Shown here: piece by piece, positions 8,515-16,274 of the stretch | Layout of the letters: every line of letters begins with the position of its first letter | How positions within the stretch are numbered: position 1 is the first letter of the stretch | Origin: a virus | DNA: 42,130 nt | Reading direction: 5' to 3' (one strand) | Virus genome (UHGV): UHGV-0207969 | The notes under the pieces: generated by a model | Told to the model about the DNA's origin: nothing | The model's input: only the letters and a program-made list of their open reading frames with translations | Database searches by the model: none | Program-made: the position numbers and the translations under genes

Positions 8515-8736
8515 TCACCCTTTCTCAATATTCGCTTTAGATGCTCGAATCATTTTTAAATCAAAAGGTGCTCCATCGCACACCGATTCATAAACTGAAT
8601 AGAACCTTATGTGACGCAAGATAGATTTTGCAATATCTAGATCACTAGCTGTATCTGTGTACTCTTTCAAAAGAGAAAGCTCTACCTTTAAACCACCAAC
8701 GGTTAATCGATATCTGTTCTTAGGTTTTCTTGCCAT
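8515..8736 (-). CDS. hypothetical protein
   Basis: 73-aa ORF in the early operon. Confidence 0.45.
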   Translation of the reverse strand: MARKPKNRYRLTVGGLKVELSLLKEYTDTASDLDIAKSILRHIRFYSVYESVCDGAPFDLKMIRASKANIEKG

Positions 8737-9230
8737 TACTTACCCAGCTCCCCTACTTTTTGATCCGTATACTGCCGTAACTCGCTCACACGCTGTTCTA
8801 GCTGTTCCTTGTCGTTTTGCACCGTGTTCAACTGTTGACGCAAGCTATCGGCTTCCTGTTGCTTTGTGTTGATTTCTTGCTGCTTAACTTCAATCTCACG
8901 TTGTTTAGCTTCGATTTCTTTTTGCTTGTCCGATTTGATTTGCTCGATTTCGGCTTTCAGCTGTTCCTGTGTGCGAGTGTTGTTGGATAGCTGTGATTCG
9001 AGTTCTGACACACGCTGTGATTTGGTTTGTCCGTATTGTAGGACTGTGTTGAAATTTGCTTTGATCGTGTCCAAGTCCTGAAATGCGTTGCTTGCTGCGT
9101 AGCCGATAACGCCGCTACCTAGTGCTAGTCCGATGATTGCTGTTGTTTTTGCTAGTTTGTTTTTCAATGTGATTTCTCCTTCTCTATCGTTTGTATTTGT
9201 TCGATGTTCTCCAGACCAAGAATTCATCAA
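8736..9230 (-). CDS. membrane-anchored coiled-coil protein; true start probably the TTG at 9167
   Basis: AAGGAGAAATCACA precedes the TTG at 9167. One N-terminal TM (TTAIIGLALGSGVIGYAA) is followed by a long Q/E-rich coiled coil. Confidence 0.45.
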   Translation of the reverse strand: MMNSWSGEHRTNTNDREGEITLKNKLAKTTAIIGLALGSGVIGYAASNAFQDLDTIKANFNTVLQYGQTKSQRVSELESQLSNNTRTQEQLKAEIEQIKSDKQKEIEAKQREIEVKQQEINTKQQEADSLRQQLNTVQNDKEQLEQRVSELRQYTDQKVGELGK

Positions 9231-9426
9231 ATAATTTAATATTGATAATTGGCAGATTAGAAGTGACTAATCTATATCCATCTTTAAAGTCTTTGTGTTC
9301 TTTAAATTCCCTGAGTAACTTTTGAAATAACGATTTATGGTTTTGATAACCAAAGTAGATAACCGCTTCGTCCTTAGCCATCCACGCTTGTTTTACTTCA
9401 ATTGTTCTCGCCAATGTGACTTGCAT
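9184..9426 (-). CDS. hypothetical early protein
   Basis: 80-aa ORF, the first gene after cro. Confidence 0.45.
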   Translation of the reverse strand: MQVTLARTIEVKQAWMAKDEAVIYFGYQNHKSLFQKLLREFKEHKDFKDGYRLVTSNLPIINIKLFDEFLVWRTSNKYKR

Positions 9427-9439
9427 ATTCTCACCTCTT

Positions 9440-9459
9440 CCGTACTTAAAGTGCGGTAT
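9440..9459. promoter_or_regulatory. operator-like site downstream of cro; inverted copy of the site at 9701-9720
   Basis: ccgtacttaaagtgcggtat is the reverse complement of ataccgcactaaaagtacgg (9701-9720) with 2 mismatches. Confidence 0.4.
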
Positions 9460-9471
9460 GCTGCAAAAAAA

Positions 9472-9669
9472 TTAAATGCGGATTAGATCTGCATCAATCT
9501 TGAACACATACGCTAAAGCAAAAACAGTAAGTGGTTTGATTGGAACTTTATTATTTTCCCAATCAGAAATAGTCTTTGATGTCACCCCTAATTTTTGCGC
9601 CAACGCTTCCTGAGTGTAACCAGCATCAATTCTGAATGATCTCACAGACATTTGTTTATCCCCCATCAT
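9472..9669 (-). CDS. Cro-like XRE-family HTH repressor
   Basis: GYTQEALAQKLGVTSKTISDWENNK is a canonical XRE HTH. Divergent from cI. RBS GGAGGTGATTT precedes it. Confidence 0.8.
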   Translation of the reverse strand: MMGDKQMSVRSFRIDAGYTQEALAQKLGVTSKTISDWENNKVPIKPLTVFALAYVFKIDADLIRI

Positions 9670-9816
9670 AAATCACCTCCAACTTCTCTGTGAGTTAAAT
9701 ATACCGCACTAAAAGTACGGTGTCAACACTTAAAGTAAATTATTTTTAATAAAAGTTATTTACAATACATCACTTTAAGTGTAAAATGAATACATAAATC
9801 GAAGGAGTTATATAGA
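9670..9816. promoter_or_regulatory. genetic-switch region: divergent promoters with operators in the spacers
   Basis: cro promoter on the minus strand: TTGACA (9721-9726), 17-nt spacer, TATATT (9698-9703), operator 9701-9720 in the spacer. cI promoter on the plus strand: TTTACA (9759-9764), 17 nt, TAAAAT (9782-9787), operator cactttaagtg in the spacer. A further acacttaaagt site lies at 9727-9737. Confidence 0.55.
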
Positions 9817-10455
9817 ATGAAAAAATTACAAACGGCAAAAGAACAAAGAGAAATATTAGCAAATAATCTCAATTCTCTATTGCGTAGTAAAGGGAAAACT
9901 CAGGCTGATGTAATTCGTGAGTTGGGCGTAGCTGAGGCAACAGTGCGTAGTTGGTTTAATGGAGAGAAGTATCCTAGAATTGATAAATTGCAAATGTTGG
10001 CAGATTATTTTAACGTTCCACGATCTAGAATAACCGAAGAGCAAACTGGTGCTTTACAAAGAGTATCAAGTATAGTGAAAATCCCAATACTAGGAACGAT
10101 CACTTGTGGCGAACCAATTCTAGCCGAAGAAAACTTTGACGGTTATAGAGAAGAAATCGGTGATTTTCTCCCTACTGGAGAATTATTCTTCTTAAAAACA
10201 AAAGGCGATAGTATGGTTCCAACAGTGCCTATTGGTAGCTACGTATTGATCAGAAAACAAGAGAGCGTGGAAGATGGTGAAATTGCCGCTGTTAGAGTAA
10301 ACGGTGACGAAGAAGCTACTTTGAAACGAATCAAACGTCAAGGAAACATCGTTATGTTAGTCGCAGACAATAAGGAATATGATCCATATATAATTACAGA
10401 GGATAATCCTGCAACAATCATTGGGAAAGCTGTCAAGATAAGTATTGACTTATAA
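9817..10455 (+). CDS. CI-like repressor, LexA/S24 peptidase family
   Basis: N-terminal XRE HTH (GKTQADVIRELGVAEATVRSWFNGE). C-terminal S24 domain with KTKGDSMVP (Ser) and a downstream Lys. RBS GAAGGAG. Confidence 0.9.
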   Translation: MKKLQTAKEQREILANNLNSLLRSKGKTQADVIRELGVAEATVRSWFNGEKYPRIDKLQMLADYFNVPRSRITEEQTGALQRVSSIVKIPILGTITCGEPILAEENFDGYREEIGDFLPTGELFFLKTKGDSMVPTVPIGSYVLIRKQESVEDGEIAAVRVNGDEEATLKRIKRQGNIVMLVADNKEYDPYIITEDNPATIIGKAVKISIDL

Positions 10456-10457
10456 AA

Positions 10458-10496
10458 AACACGCCCTTTTATCTTGACGGAAGAGGGCGTGTAATG
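10458..10496 (+). terminator. stem-loop after cI
   Basis: acacgccct...agggcgtgt inverted repeat. No clear T-tract, so it may act in both directions. Confidence 0.35.
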
Positions 10497-10555
10497 CAAT
10501 AAACTAATAGGCTTATTTGCTATGCCTATTTTATCATGAAATAGGAGTGAATGTC

Positions 10556-11683
10556 ATGTGGATAGAGAAATTACCTAATGGTAAGTATAAATATTTCGAG
10601 AGATACCAAGACCCGTACACAGAGAAATTGAAGAGAGTATCAATAACATTAAATTCCAAGTCTAACCAAGCAAAAAAACAAGCGATTTTAGAATTGCAAG
10701 AAAAGATTGAAAAGGCTACTAACCAATCAACGCAGAAATCTTTACGTTTCGGAGAGGCTGTTGATATTTTCCTGATTGTTTATAAAAGAAAAGTAAAGTC
10801 ATCCTCTTTTGTTTCTTTCAAATCTACTGAAAAAAAAATTAGGTCAGTAATAGGTGAAGAAACTATTATCAAAAATATCGACACAAAATTTCTCAGAATG
10901 AAACTTGAGCATATGTTTTATGTTGAAAAATATTCTTTTAATTATGTGAAGAGGGTCAAAGCACTGATAATAGCAATATTAGAAAATGCAAAAGAAGAAG
11001 GATATAGTATAGATATACCTAAATTTAGGTTGAATTTAAAAAAAGAGCAGGCGGAAACTGCGGAAAAGTACCTCGAACACCATGAAGTTAGGAAGATAAT
11101 CAACGAACTGTCTTCTTACGCTAAAAATATAAGAAAAGCCTACATGGTCGAATTTATGGTGTTAACAGGTTTACGATATGGAGAACTGATCGCTCTAAGG
11201 GAAGAGGACTTGTTCGAAGGATACATTAAAGTAACAGGAACAATCGATTTTAGAAGCGGTCATTATTCTGAAGTAATTAGAACCTCTCCAAAAACGAGCG
11301 CAGCATACCGAAATGTATCATTACCAAATAGAGCGATTGATATAATAATTACTATTCTCCAAGAAAATGAGATTTTAAGAACTACTCCTGAATACAATGA
11401 TCAAGGATATATTTTCACTAATAAAAAAGGCAACCCTATAGATTATCGCACATTCGCCCCAACTCTTAAAAGAGCTGCAAGAGTTTGTATAGACAAACCT
11501 GTGACTAGCCATTGGTTAAGACATACTCATATTTCAATTCTTGCTGAAATGAATGTCCCGATAAAAACAGTAATGGAACGTGTTGGGCATACAGACGAAT
11601 CAACAACCATACGAATCTATACGCATGTAACTAACAAAATGCAAACAAACTTAATTGACCAACTCAATACGGTGTATATATGA
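10556..11683 (+). CDS. int: tyrosine recombinase (phage integrase)
   Basis: C-terminal catalytic region HWLRHTHISILAEMNVPIKTVMERVGHTDESTTIRIYTHV (R..H..R..Y). RBS AGGAGTG lies 5 nt before the ATG at 10556. The track start at 10517 has no RBS. Confidence 0.9.
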   Translation: MWIEKLPNGKYKYFERYQDPYTEKLKRVSITLNSKSNQAKKQAILELQEKIEKATNQSTQKSLRFGEAVDIFLIVYKRKVKSSSFVSFKSTEKKIRSVIGEETIIKNIDTKFLRMKLEHMFYVEKYSFNYVKRVKALIIAILENAKEEGYSIDIPKFRLNLKKEQAETAEKYLEHHEVRKIINELSSYAKNIRKAYMVEFMVLTGLRYGELIALREEDLFEGYIKVTGTIDFRSGHYSEVIRTSPKTSAAYRNVSLPNRAIDIIITILQENEILRTTPEYNDQGYIFTNKKGNPIDYRTFAPTLKRAARVCIDKPVTSHWLRHTHISILAEMNVPIKTVMERVGHTDESTTIRIYTHVTNKMQTNLIDQLNTVYI

Positions 11684-11920
11684 AAATGCCCCTTTTATGC
11701 CCCTTGAAGAAATAAATTGCAATAAAAAAGCCGCTAGATTGTTTATCTCTAGCGGTTTTCTTGCATTTTTAGTACAACTCCAAGTATTGTTTAAATCATC
11801 TTGGAGACATTGTATAGTGTTCTATAAACTCTAATATATAAGCTTTTTACTCTTTATTCGAATAATATGTTTATATAACATTTTACAATCCTTGCCCCTT
11901 TTCTGCCCCTCGAAAATATT
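11684..11920. other. candidate attP region
   Basis: Non-coding stretch next to int. Two tandem TGCCCCT(T) pairs (11686-11708, 11893-11917) are candidate arm-type integrase binding sites. The core was not identified. Confidence 0.35.
11730..11762 (+). terminator. rho-independent terminator of int
   Basis: ccgctagattgtttatctctagcgg followed by tttt. Confidence 0.6.
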
Positions 11921-12048
11921 TTCTTTTGACTCTTATAATTTTAAAAAAAGATTCCTAAAGTGATTGTAAATAGCTATCGATATTTATATGCTATGTAGTT
12001 GATTTCTGATACAATGAAGCTATAAAATTAATGAAAAGAGGAACGTGT

Positions 12049-12684
12049 ATGGGTTTGTTTAGCAGCAAAGCGGATAAAGAAAAGGCCAAGATTGAAAAAG
12101 CGAATCGTAAAGCTGAAAACGAAAAAATACTAGAATACTTTAAGAATCATAGTGACTACAAAGTTGGCGATATGTATTTTGATGATAAACATGGAAAATT
12201 ATTTATAAAGAAATCTTTTACCATGAACAGATCGCAAGCTGTATACAATTACGATGAGTTAATTAGCTACACGCCTATTTTTGAAGGTGGTAAAATCAAA
12301 AAACATCACGGCATTACACGCGCAATTGTTGGCGGCGTTTTAGTCGGTCCTGTTGGTGCTGTTGTAGGAGCTGGAACTGGTGGAAAAGAATTTGATACTA
12401 TTAAGCGATTAGGCTTCATCCTTCACCTTACTGACAATCGCTCTCAAAACTATATGCTTATGATTTCAGAATCAAAATCAGATAGTTTCCTTACGAAGTC
12501 GGCGATGGAAGATTACAACAACATAGCTGCTAAACTGGATCAAATAATTTCTTCAAATACTCAAGAACCTACATCTAATGGCAGCAACGCCGATGAGTTG
12601 AGAAAATTCAAAGCCCTCCTTGATGATGGAATTATTTCTCAAGCAGAATTTGATGAAAAGAAAAAAGAATTGTTGGGATTGTAA
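12049..12684 (+). CDS. SHOCT-domain membrane-associated protein with a glycine-zipper segment
   Basis: RBS AAAAGAGGA before the ATG at 12049. GGVLVGPVGAVVGAGTGG glycine zipper. C-terminal ELRKFKALLDDGIISQAEFDEKKKELLGL matches SHOCT. Confidence 0.6.
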   Translation: MGLFSSKADKEKAKIEKANRKAENEKILEYFKNHSDYKVGDMYFDDKHGKLFIKKSFTMNRSQAVYNYDELISYTPIFEGGKIKKHHGITRAIVGGVLVGPVGAVVGAGTGGKEFDTIKRLGFILHLTDNRSQNYMLMISESKSDSFLTKSAMEDYNNIAAKLDQIISSNTQEPTSNGSNADELRKFKALLDDGIISQAEFDEKKKELLGL

Positions 12685-12696
12685 AAGGAGAACATT

Positions 12697-13182
12697 ATGA
12701 AAAAAATCAGTTGGTTACTTTGTGTCGGTATGTTCCTATTGGTTGGTTGTTCTAATGAAAAAAATGTTACGAATAGCTCCTCATCTAGTTCTAGTACTGT
12801 TGAATCATCTTCTACCGTTGAATCAACGACGCAGACAACTACAGAGGAAACTTCGCAAGAAGAATCTAGCACTGTCGAATCAGTTTCATCTACTCAAGCT
12901 AGTTCATCAGAAATTGTTTATGAAAAATCAAGCGCTCCTCAGCAAAATGCTGCCCCTGCTTACAGTGAACCAAGCTCAGAAGCTGAAGAACAACCGCAGA
13001 ATAGCGTTGCCGTAGTTGATCCTCAAGCAGGTATTGCCGAGTATACAATCGTTCAAAAAGGCGAAACGCCAGAAATGATTGCTCAAAGAAGTGGTATTTC
13101 AGTAGATCAATTCTTTGAGTTAAATGGATTCACGCCTGATTATTATATGCTTTATCCTGGCGATCAAGTCAGGGTTAAATAA
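12697..13182 (+). CDS. LysM-domain lipoprotein
   Basis: Signal peptide and lipobox MKKISWLLCVGMFLLVGC. S/T-rich linker. C-terminal LysM (YTIVQKGETPEMIAQRSGISVDQFFELNG...YPGDQVRV). RBS AAGGAGAACATT. Confidence 0.75.
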   Translation: MKKISWLLCVGMFLLVGCSNEKNVTNSSSSSSSTVESSSTVESTTQTTTEETSQEESSTVESVSSTQASSSEIVYEKSSAPQQNAAPAYSEPSSEAEEQPQNSVAVVDPQAGIAEYTIVQKGETPEMIAQRSGISVDQFFELNGFTPDYYMLYPGDQVRVK

Positions 13183-13185
13183 ACT

Positions 13186-13212
13186 AAGTCTGCATAGCAG
13201 GCTTTTTTCTTT
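13186..13212 (+). terminator. weak terminator after the LysM gene
   Basis: tctgcatagcagg hairpin followed by cttttttc. Confidence 0.35.
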
Positions 13213-13274
13213 ACCTTTTGTTCGCTTTACAACAAGAACAAACGTTCGTATAATTCTTGCAAGGAGTGATTGAT

Positions 13275-13565
13275 ATGCAAATACCACTTGCGCACCAACG
13301 GACATATGCTTTTGAACGCTACTATTATGAATTCATCGAACGAATGGGCCCAGCGCACTTACTTTACGATCAGTTTGTTCGGACGATGGAGAACTTTGGA
13401 AAACCCTATTTTACCGTGCCATCAAGCTATAGTGGTTACCCAGAAGAATTGGCTTATGTATTTAAGAAAGACGGAGAAAATTATCTATTCGATCACGTTA
13501 GGACACAAGATAAGATTCTTCGAAAATACGATCCGAATATAAAATATAAGCCCGGCGGTAACTGA
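13275..13565 (+). CDS. hypothetical protein, first gene of a coupled pair
   Basis: RBS AGGAGTGATTGAT before the ATG at 13275. Its stop is 1 nt from the next start. Confidence 0.5.
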   Translation: MQIPLAHQRTYAFERYYYEFIERMGPAHLLYDQFVRTMENFGKPYFTVPSSYSGYPEELAYVFKKDGENYLFDHVRTQDKILRKYDPNIKYKPGGN

Positions 13566-13566
13566 T

Positions 13567-13782
13567 ATGAACATAATCAGTCAATATGAGCAGGGCTACC
13601 TATCTCTTTCCGAGTTTATAAATGAATTCCCGGACAGTATTTCTGAATCTCAGGAAGCTTTGTACGGCGCAAAATGTGTCGAGTTCTATGTTGCTGTCAC
13701 TTTAGATAAAACGGATTGTAGCTATTATGTACAAGCTTATGGAGGAGATAATCAAATAATAGGTGAAGACAGTTTTACTTAA
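13567..13782 (+). CDS. small acidic hypothetical protein, second gene of the coupled pair
   Basis: 71 aa, D/E-rich. TGATATG junction with the upstream gene. Confidence 0.5.
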   Translation: MNIISQYEQGYLSLSEFINEFPDSISESQEALYGAKCVEFYVAVTLDKTDCSYYVQAYGGDNQIIGEDSFT

Positions 13783-13934
13783 TTTCAAACTAAAATTTTT
13801 TTAGTGTATTTTGGATTATAAGAGTCCATAAGTTTTCTTACTAAATTTCTAATGTTCTTATTTTGTTCTCTATCATTATATTGAATTTAATAATAAAATC
13901 ATCATATAAAAATATTATAATAATGAGGTGCAAG

Positions 13935-14660
13935 ATGGATTCAGTAACTTCAAAGCTTTCTAATACCTGGATAATTAATACGCACAGTGAAAATCATACG
14001 CCTGAAAACTCTTCATATATATTAGATGACGTTCTAACAGTATTTACTCTGTATGTTCCAATTGATAAGAACCGAGTAATGAATATTTTAGAAGATCCAT
14101 CTGGTCCTATGTACCTTAATGATAGAATAACAATTCTTTTGAAAACCGCTGGAAGCACTTATTATGCACAAAATGCTTATCAAATGGCACATGAGCTTTG
14201 TCATTTTGCTGCCTTTTATGGAATTAAAAACGAGTCTTTTAAATGGTTTGAGGAAAGCATTTGTGACTTATCATCTCATTTTTTTCTGCACGAACTCGCA
14301 GATTTTTGGAAAAATTCTTCCGACGAACTAAAGAAATCATATAGTTCTAATTTTATTAGCTACGATAACTTAGCTCGAAAAAATACTAAAAAGTTTGATT
14401 TAAAAGACTTGTCAAATCTTAATTCTGAAACTTATACTTACTTGTGCGAGCATAAAATTGATCGTGAGATGAACACTTATGTCGCCAATAAATTGTTTCC
14501 AATATTTAGAAAAACTCCTGATTTATGGAAAGCTATACCTCATTTACAGTTTGCTGATGCCGACCATGATTTCATGCGGTTCTTAAGATCCTGGAGAGAC
14601 TGTAGTCCAGCTGAAACACAACAAGGTATAACCAAAATAATTCATCATTTTGCAAATTAG
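13935..14660 (+). CDS. HEXXH zinc-metallopeptidase-like protein (ImmA/IrrE-like motif)
   Basis: YAQNAYQMAHELCHFAAF carries HEXXH in ImmA/M78-like context. RBS ATGAGGTG precedes the ATG at 13935. Gene and upstream spacer are markedly AT-rich. Confidence 0.5.
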   Translation: MDSVTSKLSNTWIINTHSENHTPENSSYILDDVLTVFTLYVPIDKNRVMNILEDPSGPMYLNDRITILLKTAGSTYYAQNAYQMAHELCHFAAFYGIKNESFKWFEESICDLSSHFFLHELADFWKNSSDELKKSYSSNFISYDNLARKNTKKFDLKDLSNLNSETYTYLCEHKIDREMNTYVANKLFPIFRKTPDLWKAIPHLQFADADHDFMRFLRSWRDCSPAETQQGITKIIHHFAN

Positions 14661-14740
14661 TATATTTACTCTAGATATTAATTTTTAAAATAAGCCCCCT
14701 TTCTGTAGTGACCCCAAAAAGTTAGACTTTTATGGAGTGG

Positions 14741-14767
14741 AGAAATCCACTCCTTTTTTGTACGATA
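14741..14767 (+). terminator. rho-independent terminator inside the IS end
   Basis: ggagtggagaaatccactcc followed by tttttt. Confidence 0.55.
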
Positions 14768-14777
14768 AGATTAACTG

Positions 14778-15605
14778 TTAGACAGCTGTTTTTACAGCTT
14801 CTCGAAACTGAACCGGACTTCGCCAATTTAATTTCTTTTTGATGCGTTTATGGTTGTAATAATAGATATATTGGTCAATTTTTGTTTTCAATTCATCTAA
14901 ACTCCGATAGACTTCTCCATGAAAAATCTCTTGCTTTAATAAACCAAAGAAGTTTTCCATAGGTGAGTTATCTAAACAATTCCCTTTACGAGACATACTC
15001 TGGAAGATTTTATGCTGCTTCAATTTATTCTTATAAGCATTCATTTGATAGGCCCATCCTTGATCTGAATGGAAGGTTCTACGAAATGGACAATCATTTG
15101 TCATCTGGATTGCTTCTTCTAATCCTTCCATTATGGCTAGTGCGTTTGGTTTTTCAGAAATCCGATAAGATAGAATTTCACTATTGTAGAAATCCATGAA
15201 AGGATCTAAATACAGCTTTTTCTGACGAACGACACCTGTGGTGTCTACTTCATAATACTTAAACTCTGTGGTATCAGTTGTAATTTTTTGGTGACAGATA
15301 TTTGTATAAAACCGACGATGAATACGATTTTTGGCGACAGTGCCAACCTTCCCACGATAAGAATTGTACCGTCGAGATTTTCGAGTGTAAGACTTTACTT
15401 CGATACCTAGTTTTTTTATCAGACGTTGAATCTTCTTTTTATTGACATGAATCCCTTGATTCTCTAATTCTTTTTTTAGTCGCAGACAGCCATAGTCTTT
15501 ATGCTCTTTGCGAATTTCAAGCATTTTTTCTTCAATTTCTTGGTCTGGGTTTGGTCTGTCAAACCGTTTCTGCCAATACATATAGGTTGCTTTAGGAAAT
15601 TTCAA
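14778..15605 (-). CDS. IS3-family transposase OrfB (DDE integrase core)
   Basis: HSDQGWAYQMNAYKNKLKQHKIFQSMSRKGNCLDNSPMENFFGLLKQE rve motif. The frame stays open upstream past the orfA stop, so it is probably made as an OrfAB fusion by a -1 frameshift. Confidence 0.8.
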   Translation of the reverse strand: MKFPKATYMYWQKRFDRPNPDQEIEEKMLEIRKEHKDYGCLRLKKELENQGIHVNKKKIQRLIKKLGIEVKSYTRKSRRYNSYRGKVGTVAKNRIHRRFYTNICHQKITTDTTEFKYYEVDTTGVVRQKKLYLDPFMDFYNSEILSYRISEKPNALAIMEGLEEAIQMTNDCPFRRTFHSDQGWAYQMNAYKNKLKQHKIFQSMSRKGNCLDNSPMENFFGLLKQEIFHGEVYRSLDELKTKIDQYIYYYNHKRIKKKLNWRSPVQFREAVKTAV

Positions 15606-15622
15606 TGTTTCAAGAAGCTCAA

Positions 15623-16189
15623 CTAGTTTGAATGATCCTCGGAGGCTGTCGATGATTCGTGCGATTGATTCTTGCGTCTTTGCTGGGCTTCCTGTTTTCG
15701 CAGCTTCCTCAACTCTTTTAAAAAGGCATTCTCAATTTGAAGGGATCGGACTTGCTTTTCTAATGCCTTGATACGATCGCGTTCTTCAGTTGTTGTATTT
15801 TCTTTTTTGTTTTCTTTTTTTCTAGTCAAAGTAAGTGGTCGCCCTTTCTCTTTTGAGAGCCCCTCAATACCTGCTTCTCTGAAATTACGCATCCAATTGG
15901 CAATAAGCGCAGGGTTGTTCATTTCTAAAGTGCTAGCAACTTCTCGATAGGACATCTCACTTGTTTGATATAACTCTAGCGCATTTAACTTAAATTGAAC
16001 AGAATATTTCTGATTTTGATGCTTTCTCAATAGACCTTCCTCTCCGTATTCACGATAGGCATTCACCCAATTACTTACTTGAGACTTGCTTGAAATACCG
16101 TATTTGTTGGCAAGATACCGATATCCGCCCACGCCACTAAGATATTCTTTAACGATTTTTAGTTTTAATTCAAAAGGATATTTTGCCAT
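15623..16189 (-). CDS. IS3-family transposase OrfA (HTH, leucine zipper)
   Basis: MAKYPFELKLKIVKEYLSG...YRYLANKYGIS HTH. Coiled-coil tail with a TTTTAAAAG stretch near the 3' end. Confidence 0.8.
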   Translation of the reverse strand: MAKYPFELKLKIVKEYLSGVGGYRYLANKYGISSKSQVSNWVNAYREYGEEGLLRKHQNQKYSVQFKLNALELYQTSEMSYREVASTLEMNNPALIANWMRNFREAGIEGLSKEKGRPLTLTRKKENKKENTTTEERDRIKALEKQVRSLQIENAFLKELRKLRKQEAQQRRKNQSHESSTASEDHSN

Positions 16190-16274
16190 ACAAATAACGA
16201 CCCCCAAAAGTTAGATTTTTTTGGTCTAACTTTTGGGGGTCGCTTCATTCCGAAAATCGGTTAGAGGGCTTATT

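Larger units (their letters stand above)
14719..16241 (-). mobile_element. IS3-family insertion sequence (orfA plus orfB, about 1.5 kb)
   Basis: Terminal inverted repeats gacccc(a/c)aaaagttagac at 14719-14737 and 16224-16241. OrfA has an HTH. OrfB has a DDE rve core and is open in the -1 frame across the orfA stop. Confidence 0.75.

Noticed and set aside
10517-10555. Longer integrase start (MLCLFYHEIGVNV...)
   Set aside because: No RBS. The internal ATG at 10556 has AGGAGTG at ideal spacing.
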